A DNA stretch of 64,000 nt from an uncultured Methylomirabilota bacterium (GCA_963845565.1 CAWJSJ010000002.1:448001-512000), one strand, 5' to 3'. Shown: positions 55,592 to 64,000, counted from the first letter of the stretch. Notes: generated from the letters alone by a model not told the origin. Numbers and translations are program-made.

Positions 55592-56509
55592 CTACTTCCC
55601 CCGCCGCCCGCGCACCACCCCCGCGATGGCCTTGATGTGCGCGGGCGTGCTGCCGCAGCAGGCCCCCACGATCCGTGCCCCGGCGTCCAGGATCGCCGGG
55701 AACGCGGCCGCCATGCCCTCGGGCGAGAGATCGTAGACCGTTTTGTCCCCGACGATCTTGGGGATGCCGGCGTTGGGGTAGGCCGCCAGGAAGCCGGGAG
55801 TCGCCGTTCGCATCTCCGCCAGGATGGCCGGTACGCGCCCCGGCCCCCCGTCGCCGCAATTGCAGCAGACGATGTCGGCGCCGGCCGCGACCAGCTGCCG
55901 GGCAGCCTCGGCGGGGCTGGTCCCCCACATGGTCCGGTCGGTGCCCTTGGCGGCGTTGTACTGGAAGGTCATGCTGCACATCACCGGCAGCCCGGTCGCC
56001 TCCTTGGCCGCCTTGATGGCCAGCACCGCCTCGTCCGGGATCATCATGGTCTCGATGGCGAACAGATCCACACCGCCCTCGGCCAACGCCACGGCCTGCT
56101 CGCGGAAGCTCTCGTAAAACAGCTCCGCCGGCGTGTCGCCCAGCGGCTCGAAGGTGTCGGGCAGGTGACCCGTCGGGCCGACGGAGCCCGCCACCAAGCC
56201 GCCCGCAGGGCAGACGGCCCGAGCCAGGCGCGCCCCCTTTTCATTCAGCTCCCGACAGCGCTCCGCCAATCCATAGGCCTTCAACTTGAGCTGGGTTCCC
56301 CCGAAGGTGTTGGTCTCGATCATGTCGCTGCCCGCCTCGAGGTAGGCGCGATGGACACCCTGGAGGACCTCCGGCCGCTCCGCGTTCCACAATTCCGGAC
56401 AGGCGCCGGGCGCCAGCCCCGCGGCGAACAGCATCGTTCCCATCGCCCCGTCGAAGACCAGCACCTCGGACTGCAGTCGCTCCAGCAAGCCCTTCCCCCG
56501 AGATTCCAT
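55592..56509 (-). CDS. Stand-alone homocysteine S-methyltransferase domain (MetH N-terminal-like)
   Basis: DGAMGT, ETNTFGG, GSVGPTG, IETM, CNCG, PNAG, GACCG Zn ligands; about 305 aa with no pterin or B12 domain. Confidence 0.9.
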   Translation of the reverse strand: MESRGKGLLERLQSEVLVFDGAMGTMLFAAGLAPGACPELWNAERPEVLQGVHRAYLEAGSDMIETNTFGGTQLKLKAYGLAERCRELNEKGARLARAVCPAGGLVAGSVGPTGHLPDTFEPLGDTPAELFYESFREQAVALAEGGVDLFAIETMMIPDEAVLAIKAAKEATGLPVMCSMTFQYNAAKGTDRTMWGTSPAEAARQLVAAGADIVCCNCGDGGPGRVPAILAEMRTATPGFLAAYPNAGIPKIVGDKTVYDLSPEGMAAAFPAILDAGARIVGACCGSTPAHIKAIAGVVRGRRGK

Positions 56510-56695
56510 GCCCACACACTCCTTCTCATGAGTAGGACGGGAAGACGATCGTTGTCGCAGGCGGTTGTCCCACCGGAAGCACATTATCCGGAGGCGGCCT
56601 GGTTTGGTATAGACGCGGATGGTCGAAAGATGGAACACTCTTGCTGTCATCCGAGCCATGGGGCGGGATTTTTCCACAATTTCGGGCATCGCGGC

Positions 56696-57922
56696 ATGAA
56701 ACATCGATCGTTGTTGCCACCGGGCACCCTCCGGCGGATCCGCGGAGAATACCGTCGGCGCTACGGGCTGGAGGCCCATCCGGTCTCCTGCGACGGCTCG
56801 GTCCTGAACGGACCCTCGTCCGCCGTCCGCAATCTGCCCCTTCTGAAGCGGGCCCGCGCCGACGCCCTGCAAGAGAGCGTGCGCTGGGGGGAGCCCTACT
56901 CGTTTTTCCTGACCCCCGGGATCGTCTCCTGGATCGTGCCGGGGGTGGACGGCGAGGTCGTGCACGGGGGCCTCGGCGGAGGCGAGGTGCGCTCCCACGA
57001 GGACCCGCAGGACCGCAGCGAGGCCGTCAATTATCTCCTGAGCGCGGGCGCGACTCGTCCCGCAGCCGAACGCTATGTGAGCGGCCTACCGATCTGGCCT
57101 CAGTCCCGCACACCTGAGGCGGAGGCCTGGCTGCTCGCGCGCCTCTACATTCTGACAGGCTGGAAGCCCACCCTTCTCGATCGCAATCGCGAGAACGCCC
57201 AGCAGCAAGGACAGATCGCCGAGGAGATCCACCGGCGCAAGACCGCCGATCCGGGCGCCTATCCGCTGGATCAGGAGCGGGAGCTCCTGGCCCTGATCCG
57301 GGTCGGCGATCGGGTTGGCGTGCGCCGCGGCCTGAACCGGCTGATCGCCCACGTCTTCGTCCATTCCACGCGAATCCCCCTGGTGCAGGCCCGCATGATC
57401 GAGCTGCTGGGGTACCTGGTGCGGGCCGCGGTGGAGGACAATCCCGCGCTCGATTCCCTGGTCGAGCGCCACATCCAGTGGATCGAGCGCGTGATCGCCG
57501 CCAAGGACTTCGAGGGCTCCTGCGCCGCCCTGCGCGAGGCGCTGGACGAGTTCATCGACCAGATCGGGCTCCAGGGGTTCAACCGGCACAACCGCCACGT
57601 CAGCCGGATCCTGGAATTCCTCTCGCAGAACTACACGCGCACGATCCGCCTGGACGAGGCCGCCGCGCGGGCCGGCCTGAGCCGGTTTCGCGTGGCCCAC
57701 CTGGTCAAGGAATGCACCGGGAAGACCATCCAGCAGCACATCAAGCGCCTGCGCATCCAGAAGGCGCGGACCTGGCTGGAAGAGACCGACAAGGACTTCG
57801 CCGACATCGCGCACGAATTGGGGTTCTCGGACCAGAGCCACTTCATCCGCCATTTCCGCGACGTGACGGGTCTGACGCCCGCCCGGTACCGGCGCACCGT
57901 CGCCCTCGGGAAGACCTCATGA
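56696..57922 (+). CDS. AraC family regulator with N-terminal PocR-like sensor domain
   Basis: N-terminal WGEPYSF...GIVSWIVP...GGLGGGEV; C-terminal double HTH LDEAAARAGLS...IAHELGFSDQSHFIRHFRDVTGLTPARYR; divergent from the CODH/ACS operon. Confidence 0.85.
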   Translation: MKHRSLLPPGTLRRIRGEYRRRYGLEAHPVSCDGSVLNGPSSAVRNLPLLKRARADALQESVRWGEPYSFFLTPGIVSWIVPGVDGEVVHGGLGGGEVRSHEDPQDRSEAVNYLLSAGATRPAAERYVSGLPIWPQSRTPEAEAWLLARLYILTGWKPTLLDRNRENAQQQGQIAEEIHRRKTADPGAYPLDQERELLALIRVGDRVGVRRGLNRLIAHVFVHSTRIPLVQARMIELLGYLVRAAVEDNPALDSLVERHIQWIERVIAAKDFEGSCAALREALDEFIDQIGLQGFNRHNRHVSRILEFLSQNYTRTIRLDEAAARAGLSRFRVAHLVKECTGKTIQQHIKRLRIQKARTWLEETDKDFADIAHELGFSDQSHFIRHFRDVTGLTPARYRRTVALGKTS

Positions 57923-58518
57923 GCCTGCAGGATGCGCAGCGCGAGGCCGTGCGCCGCGCCGCCGCCGATCTTGTCGGGGTCGAGATGGCTTCGCGCTGCC
58001 GGCTGCTCGGGCTGCCCCAGCCGCAGGCGGGCGCGGTTCGCTTCCGGGCCTTCGGCCTGAACCTGGTCCTGCGCCTCCCAGGTTTCGATCTCACGCTGGC
58101 CGAGGGGAGCGCGCCCGCCCGGCTCGGAGATCAACTGCTTGTCTTGCACTACCTGCGGTGCGCCGTGTCGCCGGCGCCGACCGGCGAGCCGATCAACTTC
58201 CGAGATTTGCCGGGCGGCCGGGTCTACTGGCAGCCGTTCCTGTCCCGCAGCATCGCGCCGCTGCTGCGCGCGATCGGCAACGATCTGGAGCGGCTCACGC
58301 GCCACCTGGACCGCTTCGACTGGCAGCCGGTGGCGGCGGGGGACCTGGGGGCCCGTATTCACGCCCTCGGCAGGATCGAGGCCACGCTGGTCTATCGAAA
58401 AGGCGACGAGGAGTTCGGGCCGACCGCAGAGTTGCTCTTCGACGCCTGCATCAGGCGCGTCTACACGACAGAGGACGTGGCGTACCTCGCGGGCCGAATC
58501 TGCCTCGGCTTGCTATGA
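57919..58518 (+). CDS. DUF3786-like protein
   Basis: LLVLHYL, INFRDLPGGRVY..PF, GDEEF..AELLFD..I...TEDVA; ATGA overlap with the regulator. Confidence 0.75.
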   Translation: MSLQDAQREAVRRAAADLVGVEMASRCRLLGLPQPQAGAVRFRAFGLNLVLRLPGFDLTLAEGSAPARLGDQLLVLHYLRCAVSPAPTGEPINFRDLPGGRVYWQPFLSRSIAPLLRAIGNDLERLTRHLDRFDWQPVAAGDLGARIHALGRIEATLVYRKGDEEFGPTAELLFDACIRRVYTTEDVAYLAGRICLGLL

Positions 58519-58519
58519 T

Positions 58520-58642
58520 GGGTCGCTGAAAAAGGCCCATCTGTGTCGTTGGCACGCCTCGGCACTCGCTGCGGCGTACCTCCAGTACGCCTCGCTCGGC
58601 CTGTGGCGCGCCGCCTTGCATCTGGACCTTTTTGAGCAACCC
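58520..58642. mobile_element. MITE/REP-like element, copy 2
   Basis: GGGTCGCTGAAAAAGGCCCATCTG...GCCGCCTTGCATCTGGACCTTTTTGAGCAACCC, homologous to 39172-39311. Confidence 0.7.
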
Positions 58643-58690
58643 AAGCGTACGCAGATTCGTCAGCAGACTGCAGGGATGAGAGGAGAGTCG

Positions 58691-59290
58691 ATGATGCCGC
58701 GCTGCCCGGGTCAGGATCTGCGCTTCTGGACCCCCAAAGATATCTTCGACGTCGGCTGTCCGCACTGCGGCAGGACGATCGAATTCTGGAAGGACGACCC
58801 CAGCCGCCGCTGCCCCGGCTGCGGCCGCGAGGCGCGCAATCCGCGTCTGGATCTGGGTTGCGCCGAATGGTGCAAGTACGCCGCGGAGTGCCTCGGGCAG
58901 GGCGCGGTGGGCTCAGCCGCGGTGGCGCCGGTGATCGACCGGCTGGAGCTGCTCCTCGACGGCTACTGCGCGACCGATCCGCAGGCCGGGCCCCGCGCCC
59001 GCCGCTGCCTGGGCCGCGCCCAGCAGATCATCCTGGCGGACCAGGTCGACCCGTGCGTCCTGCAGACCGCGGCACTCCTGGTGGGAGCGCTGGCCGAGCG
59101 GGGCGCCCCCGGCCCCGAAGAATCCACAGCCATCCAGGCCATGCTGGAACGGGCCGGCATCGCCGCGGAGGTCGCGCGCCGGATCCGCGACCTGGTGCAG
59201 GCGGTACGCTCCAGCAGGGCCCTCCCCGGCCCGGAATATCGCGCCCTGGCGAAACTCTGGAGCCTGGAGGGGCCCTCCCCCGGCGCCTAA
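58691..59290 (+). CDS. Hypothetical protein with N-terminal Cys-rich (zinc-ribbon/Fe-S-like) domain
   Basis: CPGQD...CPHCG...EFWKDD...RCPGCG...NPRLDLGCAEWCKYAAECLG; AGGAG RBS. Confidence 0.7.
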   Translation: MMPRCPGQDLRFWTPKDIFDVGCPHCGRTIEFWKDDPSRRCPGCGREARNPRLDLGCAEWCKYAAECLGQGAVGSAAVAPVIDRLELLLDGYCATDPQAGPRARRCLGRAQQIILADQVDPCVLQTAALLVGALAERGAPGPEESTAIQAMLERAGIAAEVARRIRDLVQAVRSSRALPGPEYRALAKLWSLEGPSPGA

Positions 59291-59400
59291 CCCGGACCAT
59301 TCATGAACACGTAAGGAGCATCTCATCTCATCAGGCTCACGCGCGCGGCGCGGGACGGAACGCGTGTCCGGGCGAGCGCGAGGGCAGCCTCCTTCCGCAA

Positions 59401-60109
59401 TTTGGCCTGATGTTGCTGATCAACATCAAGGCGCGCCGCGGGAACTGGCCGCGGCCAACCGAGCGGGTCGCGGCGGCCGACGTCTGGCGCGCCGGCCGCC
59501 GAGCCATTATTCCCCTGATGACCCCCCAACATCATTTTCGGCGGGATCTTCTCGGGGGCCACGACCATAACCGAGTCGGCCGTCCTGGCCGTCGCCTACG
59601 CCGTGGTCGTGGGAACGATGGTCTTCAAGGAGATGTCCTGGCGGGCGACCTGGCGGATTTTCGTGGCGTCGGCCAGCACCAGCGGTATCGCCATGCTCTT
59701 GGTGGGAACGGCCACCGTGTTCGGCTGGAGCCTTGTCACCCAGCGGCTGCCCCACATGATCGCCGAGTGGATGGGGTCCGTCTCCAGCTACCCCTGGGTC
59801 TTCCTGGCGCTCACCATCCTCCTCTACCTGATCTTCAGCGATCTTTTGGAGGGACTTCCGGCCCTCTTGATCTTCGCGCCCATCCTCTACCCGACCGCCG
59901 AGCAGCTGCACGTGGATCCGGTCCACTTCGGCATCGTCTCGATCGCCGCGCTGGGCCTCTCCCTTTCCTGCAGCCTGGCCGGGGCGAACATGAGCGACAC
60001 CGTCAAGGTGTTCTGGATCTACGTCCTGGTCCTGCTGGCCGGCCTCCTCGTCGTCGCCTTCTTCCCCGCCATCACGCTGGTTGCCCTGAAACTCGTTCCG
60101 GTCAGCTAA
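59401..60109 (+). pseudogene. dctM: Degraded TRAP large permease (C-terminal half)
   Basis: IIPLMTP/IIFGGIFSG..TESAVLA...VDPVHFG; N-terminal half missing, frameshift near 59525, TPPVG segment absent; no cognate dctP or dctQ. Confidence 0.8.
59997..60108 (+). repeat. 112-bp direct repeat, right copy
   Basis: Matches 43378-43489 with 2 mismatches. Confidence 0.9.
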
Positions 60110-61803
60110 TTTCCCCGCTCGACGAAGAGGTTCGCCAAGAGCTGATCCACCGGCGCGAAGTCGTCGGTCAGGGTGAGCGCCCGCCCCGAGGCGAGGTAGG
60201 CCGCCAGTCGCGCCTCGGGCAGGGCCACGGTGCGGAGGGCGGGCTCGGCGGACGTCGCCGCCGCGAGCCTGGCCCGGTCCAGCGGCTGTCGGCCGGCCAG
60301 GATCACGTAGGTGTTCCGGTCGAACGGCAACAGATCGTCGCTGCGGGCCAGGATGTGGACATGGGGGAAGACCCGCCGAAGCGCGTTGGCGTACGCCTTG
60401 AGGAATTCGCCGCCCTCCAGCTTGTCGATCACGTTCGCCAGGTAGATGCCGTCGGGCTTCAGCCGGGTGGCGAGCATCCGGTTGAACTCGACCGTCGTCA
60501 GGTGGTAGGGGATCGACAGGTCGTTGAAGGCGTCCCCGTAGATGATGTCGTACCGCTTCGGGTCGGCCCACTCCAACAGGAACGCGCGGGCGTCGTGGTT
60601 GAACGACCGGATCCGCGTCTCCCGCGAGAGCCCGAGGTGCTCGTGGGTCGCGCGCGTGACGGCGGGGTCGATCTCGATGACGTCCACGGACGCGTGGGGG
60701 TAGACCGCCTCGACGTAGCGCGGGAAGGTGTAGCCGCCCCCGCCGATGAAGAGGGTGTCCAGTCCCGTCCGCCCCGCCGCGTGCATCGCGGTCAGCTCGG
60801 CGTAGACCCGCTCGTAGCCGTAGCCCAGGACCGTCGGATCGTCGAGAACGACGTAGCTGTGGACGAGGCGGTCGAGCATGAGCGAACGCGCGCCGCGACC
60901 CCCCGCCGTCGCCTCCAGGATCTGGATGCAGAAGTAGTCGGATTCGATCCGACAGGGCGCGCGGTAGTGGCCGATGCTCCACCCCAGGCCGACCAGGGCG
61001 GCGATCGCGATCGCAACCCCGCCACTCCCAGTCGCGATCCGGCGCCAGCGCAGGCCGCCGGCAAGGATCAGCGCGGGGCCGAGGAGGACCGCCGGTAGGG
61101 CAAACAGCTCGACCGCCCGCCACGTGATTCCCGAGAGCGCCCCGCGGACCTCCAACAAGAAGGCCGCCGCGACGCCGAGCCCGGTCAGCGCAACAATCCC
61201 CAGGCCGCGACGCGGGCGCAGGAAATCGCCGACGGCCAATCCGATCAGCAGGAGACTCCCGCCCACGCCCCAGACGATCATCCGGGTTCCGAGCCAGGAG
61301 ATGAGCCAGAAGCCGGTGAGGAAGGTGCCGACGATCGAGCCGACCGTCGACACGGCGTAGATAGTGCCCACCGTGCTCCCCGTGCGCCCGAGATCCGCCA
61401 GGACGAGCTTGACGACGACGGGCGACACCATCCCGAGCACCAGGCTGGGGAGGAAGAAGATGGCCGTCGTGTAGAAGACGATCCGCGGCAGGATCGACAA
61501 CGGGAGGCGGGCGGCGACCACCAGGTCCGTCACCACCAGGATGCCGAGGCTGGCGATGCCGGCCGCGAGGAAGATCAAGCCGAGCGTCCGCCGGGACGGG
61601 GCGCGGTCCGCGACCCGGCCGCCCAGGTAGTTGCCGACCGACATGCCGGCCAGGACGATGCCGATGATGCTCGTCCAGGTGTACAGGGAGACCCCGAGGT
61701 AGGGGGCCATGATGCGCCCGGCGATGAGCTCGATGACCAACGTGCACGCGCTGCTCAAGAAGACGATCAGATACGCGATCCAGATTCGCCCGTTCGCAAA
61801 CAT
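60106..61803 (-). CDS. Fused membrane (MFS-like)/spermidine synthase-like protein
   Basis: ELIAGRIMAPYLGVSLYTWTSII TM region; FIGGGGYTFP, VIEIDPAV, DAR, YDIIYGDAF, PYHLTTVEF, LTDDFAPVD. Confidence 0.88.
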   Translation of the reverse strand: MFANGRIWIAYLIVFLSSACTLVIELIAGRIMAPYLGVSLYTWTSIIGIVLAGMSVGNYLGGRVADRAPSRRTLGLIFLAAGIASLGILVVTDLVVAARLPLSILPRIVFYTTAIFFLPSLVLGMVSPVVVKLVLADLGRTGSTVGTIYAVSTVGSIVGTFLTGFWLISWLGTRMIVWGVGGSLLLIGLAVGDFLRPRRGLGIVALTGLGVAAAFLLEVRGALSGITWRAVELFALPAVLLGPALILAGGLRWRRIATGSGGVAIAIAALVGLGWSIGHYRAPCRIESDYFCIQILEATAGGRGARSLMLDRLVHSYVVLDDPTVLGYGYERVYAELTAMHAAGRTGLDTLFIGGGGYTFPRYVEAVYPHASVDVIEIDPAVTRATHEHLGLSRETRIRSFNHDARAFLLEWADPKRYDIIYGDAFNDLSIPYHLTTVEFNRMLATRLKPDGIYLANVIDKLEGGEFLKAYANALRRVFPHVHILARSDDLLPFDRNTYVILAGRQPLDRARLAAATSAEPALRTVALPEARLAAYLASGRALTLTDDFAPVDQLLANLFVERGN

Positions 61804-61924
61804 CTGCCTCCTCCCATATTCGAGTTGCGCGGGGCAACATACAGGGGAGAAGGCATCGCTGTCAATCGCGGCGAAGGTGTTCGACCATCCCTGAGGTCGA
61901 GAGCTGGCCGACGGGGCCGGCACA

Positions 61925-62734
61925 TCACGACGGCGACAGGACCATCCCGCCGCAGACGCAGACCACCTGGCCGGTGACGTAGTCGGAGAGGTCGGTCGCG
62001 AGGAATTCCACGACTTTGGCGCAGTCCTCGGGGGTTCCGAGCCGGCGTAGCGGTATCCGCTTCTCTTGCTCAGCGGTCTTGACGGGGTCCACGCCGCGGC
62101 CGAACTGGACCATGGCTCGCGAGGTGATCACTACCCCGGGCGCAATCGCATTGACGGTGACATTATGCGGGCCCAACTCGCCCGCCAGGAGGCGCGTGTA
62201 CTCGGCGACGCCGGCCTTGGACACACAGTAGTGGGCGAGGGCACCCGTATCGTTTCCCCGCAGTCCGGCCTGGGACGAGACGTTGATGATCTTGCCGCTC
62301 TTCTGCGCCTTCATGTGCGGTGCGACCGCCTGGCAGCAGAAGATCGTGCTCATCAGGTTGACGTCCAGGATGAACCGCGCGTCCGCCTCGGGCATCATCG
62401 AGGCGAAGCCCCGCTCGAAGGGCGTCAGCGCGCCCCCGGCGTTGTTGACCAGGATGTCGATCCGCCCGAGTTCGCGCACGATCTGCTCGACCATGACGTC
62501 CACCTGGTCTTTCCGGGTGACGTCGGCCTGAATGCCGAGCGACCGCCCGCCGCAGGCGCGGACCTCGTCCATCACCGTCGGCGCCGAGAGCGGCTCGTTG
62601 AATTCCCGTGCGGCGTCCAGGTTGACGTCGTTGATCACCACGTCGGCGCCGGCCGCCGCCAGGCGCAGGGCGTAGGCCCGCCCAAGACCCCGCCCGCTCC
62701 CCGTCACCAGCGCAACCTTCCCGCGAAGCTTCAT
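61925..62734 (-). CDS. SDR family oxidoreductase
   Basis: TGSGRGLG, NNAGG, YCVSKAG, NAIAPG. Confidence 0.92.
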   Translation of the reverse strand: MKLRGKVALVTGSGRGLGRAYALRLAAAGADVVINDVNLDAAREFNEPLSAPTVMDEVRACGGRSLGIQADVTRKDQVDVMVEQIVRELGRIDILVNNAGGALTPFERGFASMMPEADARFILDVNLMSTIFCCQAVAPHMKAQKSGKIINVSSQAGLRGNDTGALAHYCVSKAGVAEYTRLLAGELGPHNVTVNAIAPGVVITSRAMVQFGRGVDPVKTAEQEKRIPLRRLGTPEDCAKVVEFLATDLSDYVTGQVVCVCGGMVLSPS

Positions 62735-62748
62735 TGAGGCCTCCCCTG

Positions 62749-62834
62749 GAACCACAGATTCCGCAGATTACGCAGATGTCTTCGGACTGGGCCCCGTTTT
62801 GGAGAATCTGTGCAATCTGTGAAATCTGTGGTTT
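62749..62834. repeat. REP-like palindromic element built from 9-bp units
   Basis: AACCACAGATTCCGCAGATTACGCAGAT ... AATCTGTGCAATCTGTGAAATCTGTGGTT inverted arms. Confidence 0.65.
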
Positions 62835-62870
62835 CCGTTGCTCCACCCCCGTCGTCCTCGTCCAATTCGT

Positions 62871-63812
62871 CTATGCCGTGACCCGCTTCAGGTAGGCCAC
62901 GGAGCGCTCGAATTCCGCCAGTTCATACGCCCGAAGCTCCGCAGCCGGCGCGCCCCGCTCGTGGGGGATACGATAGTCTTCACCGACAGGTCGAGCCCTC
63001 GGCAGGACGGCGCGAAGCGCCTCTAGGAGATCGGGCACCCGGCGCGGTGGGTAGTCGGTCCACCAATCCTCAGCGAGCAGCTCCACATGGCGGGCTTGGC
63101 GGGCGCCCAGCTCGATGCTCATCGGGAGATCCGGCTGGTCGGCAAAGAGATCGAACAGGGAAGGGAAATCGACAACGCCGTCGCCGATGGCGCAGGTGGA
63201 GAGCCGATAGCCGGTCGGCGACAGGAAGACGTGATAGTCCTTGAGGTGCACGTTCCGCACCATCGGCTTGACCCGGCGCGCGAATCCGAGCGGGCTTTCG
63301 CCCACGGCGAGCGCGCTGCCCGTGTCGAACGTGATGCCGATGTGGCGACCGCCCACCGCTTCGCAGAGCCAGAGCAGCTCGTCGGAGGCGATGTCCTGGT
63401 GATTCTCGACGGCGATCGTCACGTCGTGCGCCTCGGCCAGCGGCCGGACCGCCGTCAGGGCATCCCGGGCGCGCTCCAGGTGCGCGCGCCAGCCGCCATG
63501 CATCTCCCGGCGGTTCCCACCCAGGATACGGCTGACGATCACGCGGAGCACCGGCGCGCCGAGCGCGGCGGCCTGTGGGATCCAGCGGCGGAGCGCCGCC
63601 TCCTCGATCGGGCCCCCGTCCGCGACGATCCCCAGGCTGCGCTGGCAGGCGTGTGCCCGCGCTCGCCCGCACTCTTCGAGTGTGGCTGCCGGCAGGCTGT
63701 CCTCCGGCGGAAACTCGACGCCGCGAAGCCCCGAGGCCGCGGCCAGGTCCATCAGCGCGTAGGCGTCACCCCGGGCCTCCTTGAAGCTGTAGATCACCAG
63801 GCCAAGTCGCAT
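62871..63812 (-). CDS. Sugar phosphate isomerase/epimerase (xylose isomerase-like TIM barrel)
   Basis: IAVENH, TFDTGS, NVHLKD, GDGVVDF, SIE metal ligands. Confidence 0.85.
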   Translation of the reverse strand: MRLGLVIYSFKEARGDAYALMDLAAASGLRGVEFPPEDSLPAATLEECGRARAHACQRSLGIVADGGPIEEAALRRWIPQAAALGAPVLRVIVSRILGGNRREMHGGWRAHLERARDALTAVRPLAEAHDVTIAVENHQDIASDELLWLCEAVGGRHIGITFDTGSALAVGESPLGFARRVKPMVRNVHLKDYHVFLSPTGYRLSTCAIGDGVVDFPSLFDLFADQPDLPMSIELGARQARHVELLAEDWWTDYPPRRVPDLLEALRAVLPRARPVGEDYRIPHERGAPAAELRAYELAEFERSVAYLKRVTA

Positions 63813-63874
63813 CTCCGCGTCTCCTTCGTGCGGCGTGCGGAGCCTCCCGGCGACTCCCGCACGTTCCGGACGTC

Positions 63875-64000
63875 TCAGGAGGTCTGCCCGCACAACTCAG
63901 ATACGGACATCAACTCGTACGGCTCGAAGGGCTGATGGATCCAGGGGCTCTCGGCCAGGAAGTGCACATGGTAATCGGGCGCACAGGTCGAGCAGGCCTT
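63875..64000 (-). CDS. C-terminal end of an unidentified CDS entering from the right edge
   Basis: Open frame ...DYHVHFLAESPWIHQPFEPYELMSVSELCGQTS*; too short to assign. Confidence 0.35.
   Translation of the reverse strand, partial: KACSTCAPDYHVHFLAESPWIHQPFEPYELMSVSELCGQTS

Noticed and set aside
56631..56645. TGGAACACTCTTGCT as a sigma54 promoter for the AraC gene
   Set aside because: GG-to-GC spacing is 9 nt, not the required 10
62749..62834. 9-bp periodic repeats as a possible CRISPR array
   Set aside because: Units are short, adjacent and arranged as an inverted pair with no unique spacers and no cas genes; REP-like instead

Overview
GC-rich bacterial DNA, probably a long-read assembly with many single-base indels. 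The left part (1-32 kb) holds a rhomboid protease, a dipeptide/nickel-type ABC importer with three tandem Tat-exported binding proteins, and a cation diffusion facilitator under a NiCo (czcD) riboswitch. It also has an orphan Hpt/receiver/PilB-GspE ATPase module, housekeeping genes (fba), and a GntR-linked catabolic cluster (tripartite tricarboxylate transporter, SAF oxidoreductase, internally deleted TRAP, cyclase). The right part (33-59 kb) is the most interesting. Two TRAP transporters bracket three URO-D/MtaA-superfamily proteins and a corrinoid protein. These converge on a minus-strand operon: stand-alone homocysteine methyltransferase domain, cooC, MesB-like core methionine synthase, cooC, cooS, acsB apparently fused through an Ala/Pro linker to acsD, acsC and a RACo/AcsV corrinoid activator. 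No AcsE or folate-branch gene is present in the window. A divergent PocR-like AraC regulator, DUF3786-like and Cys-rich genes follow, and a 112-bp direct repeat flanks the CODH/ACS block. Several MITE/REP-like elements, promoters and terminators are visible. All product calls come from motif recognition by eye; no database searches were run.
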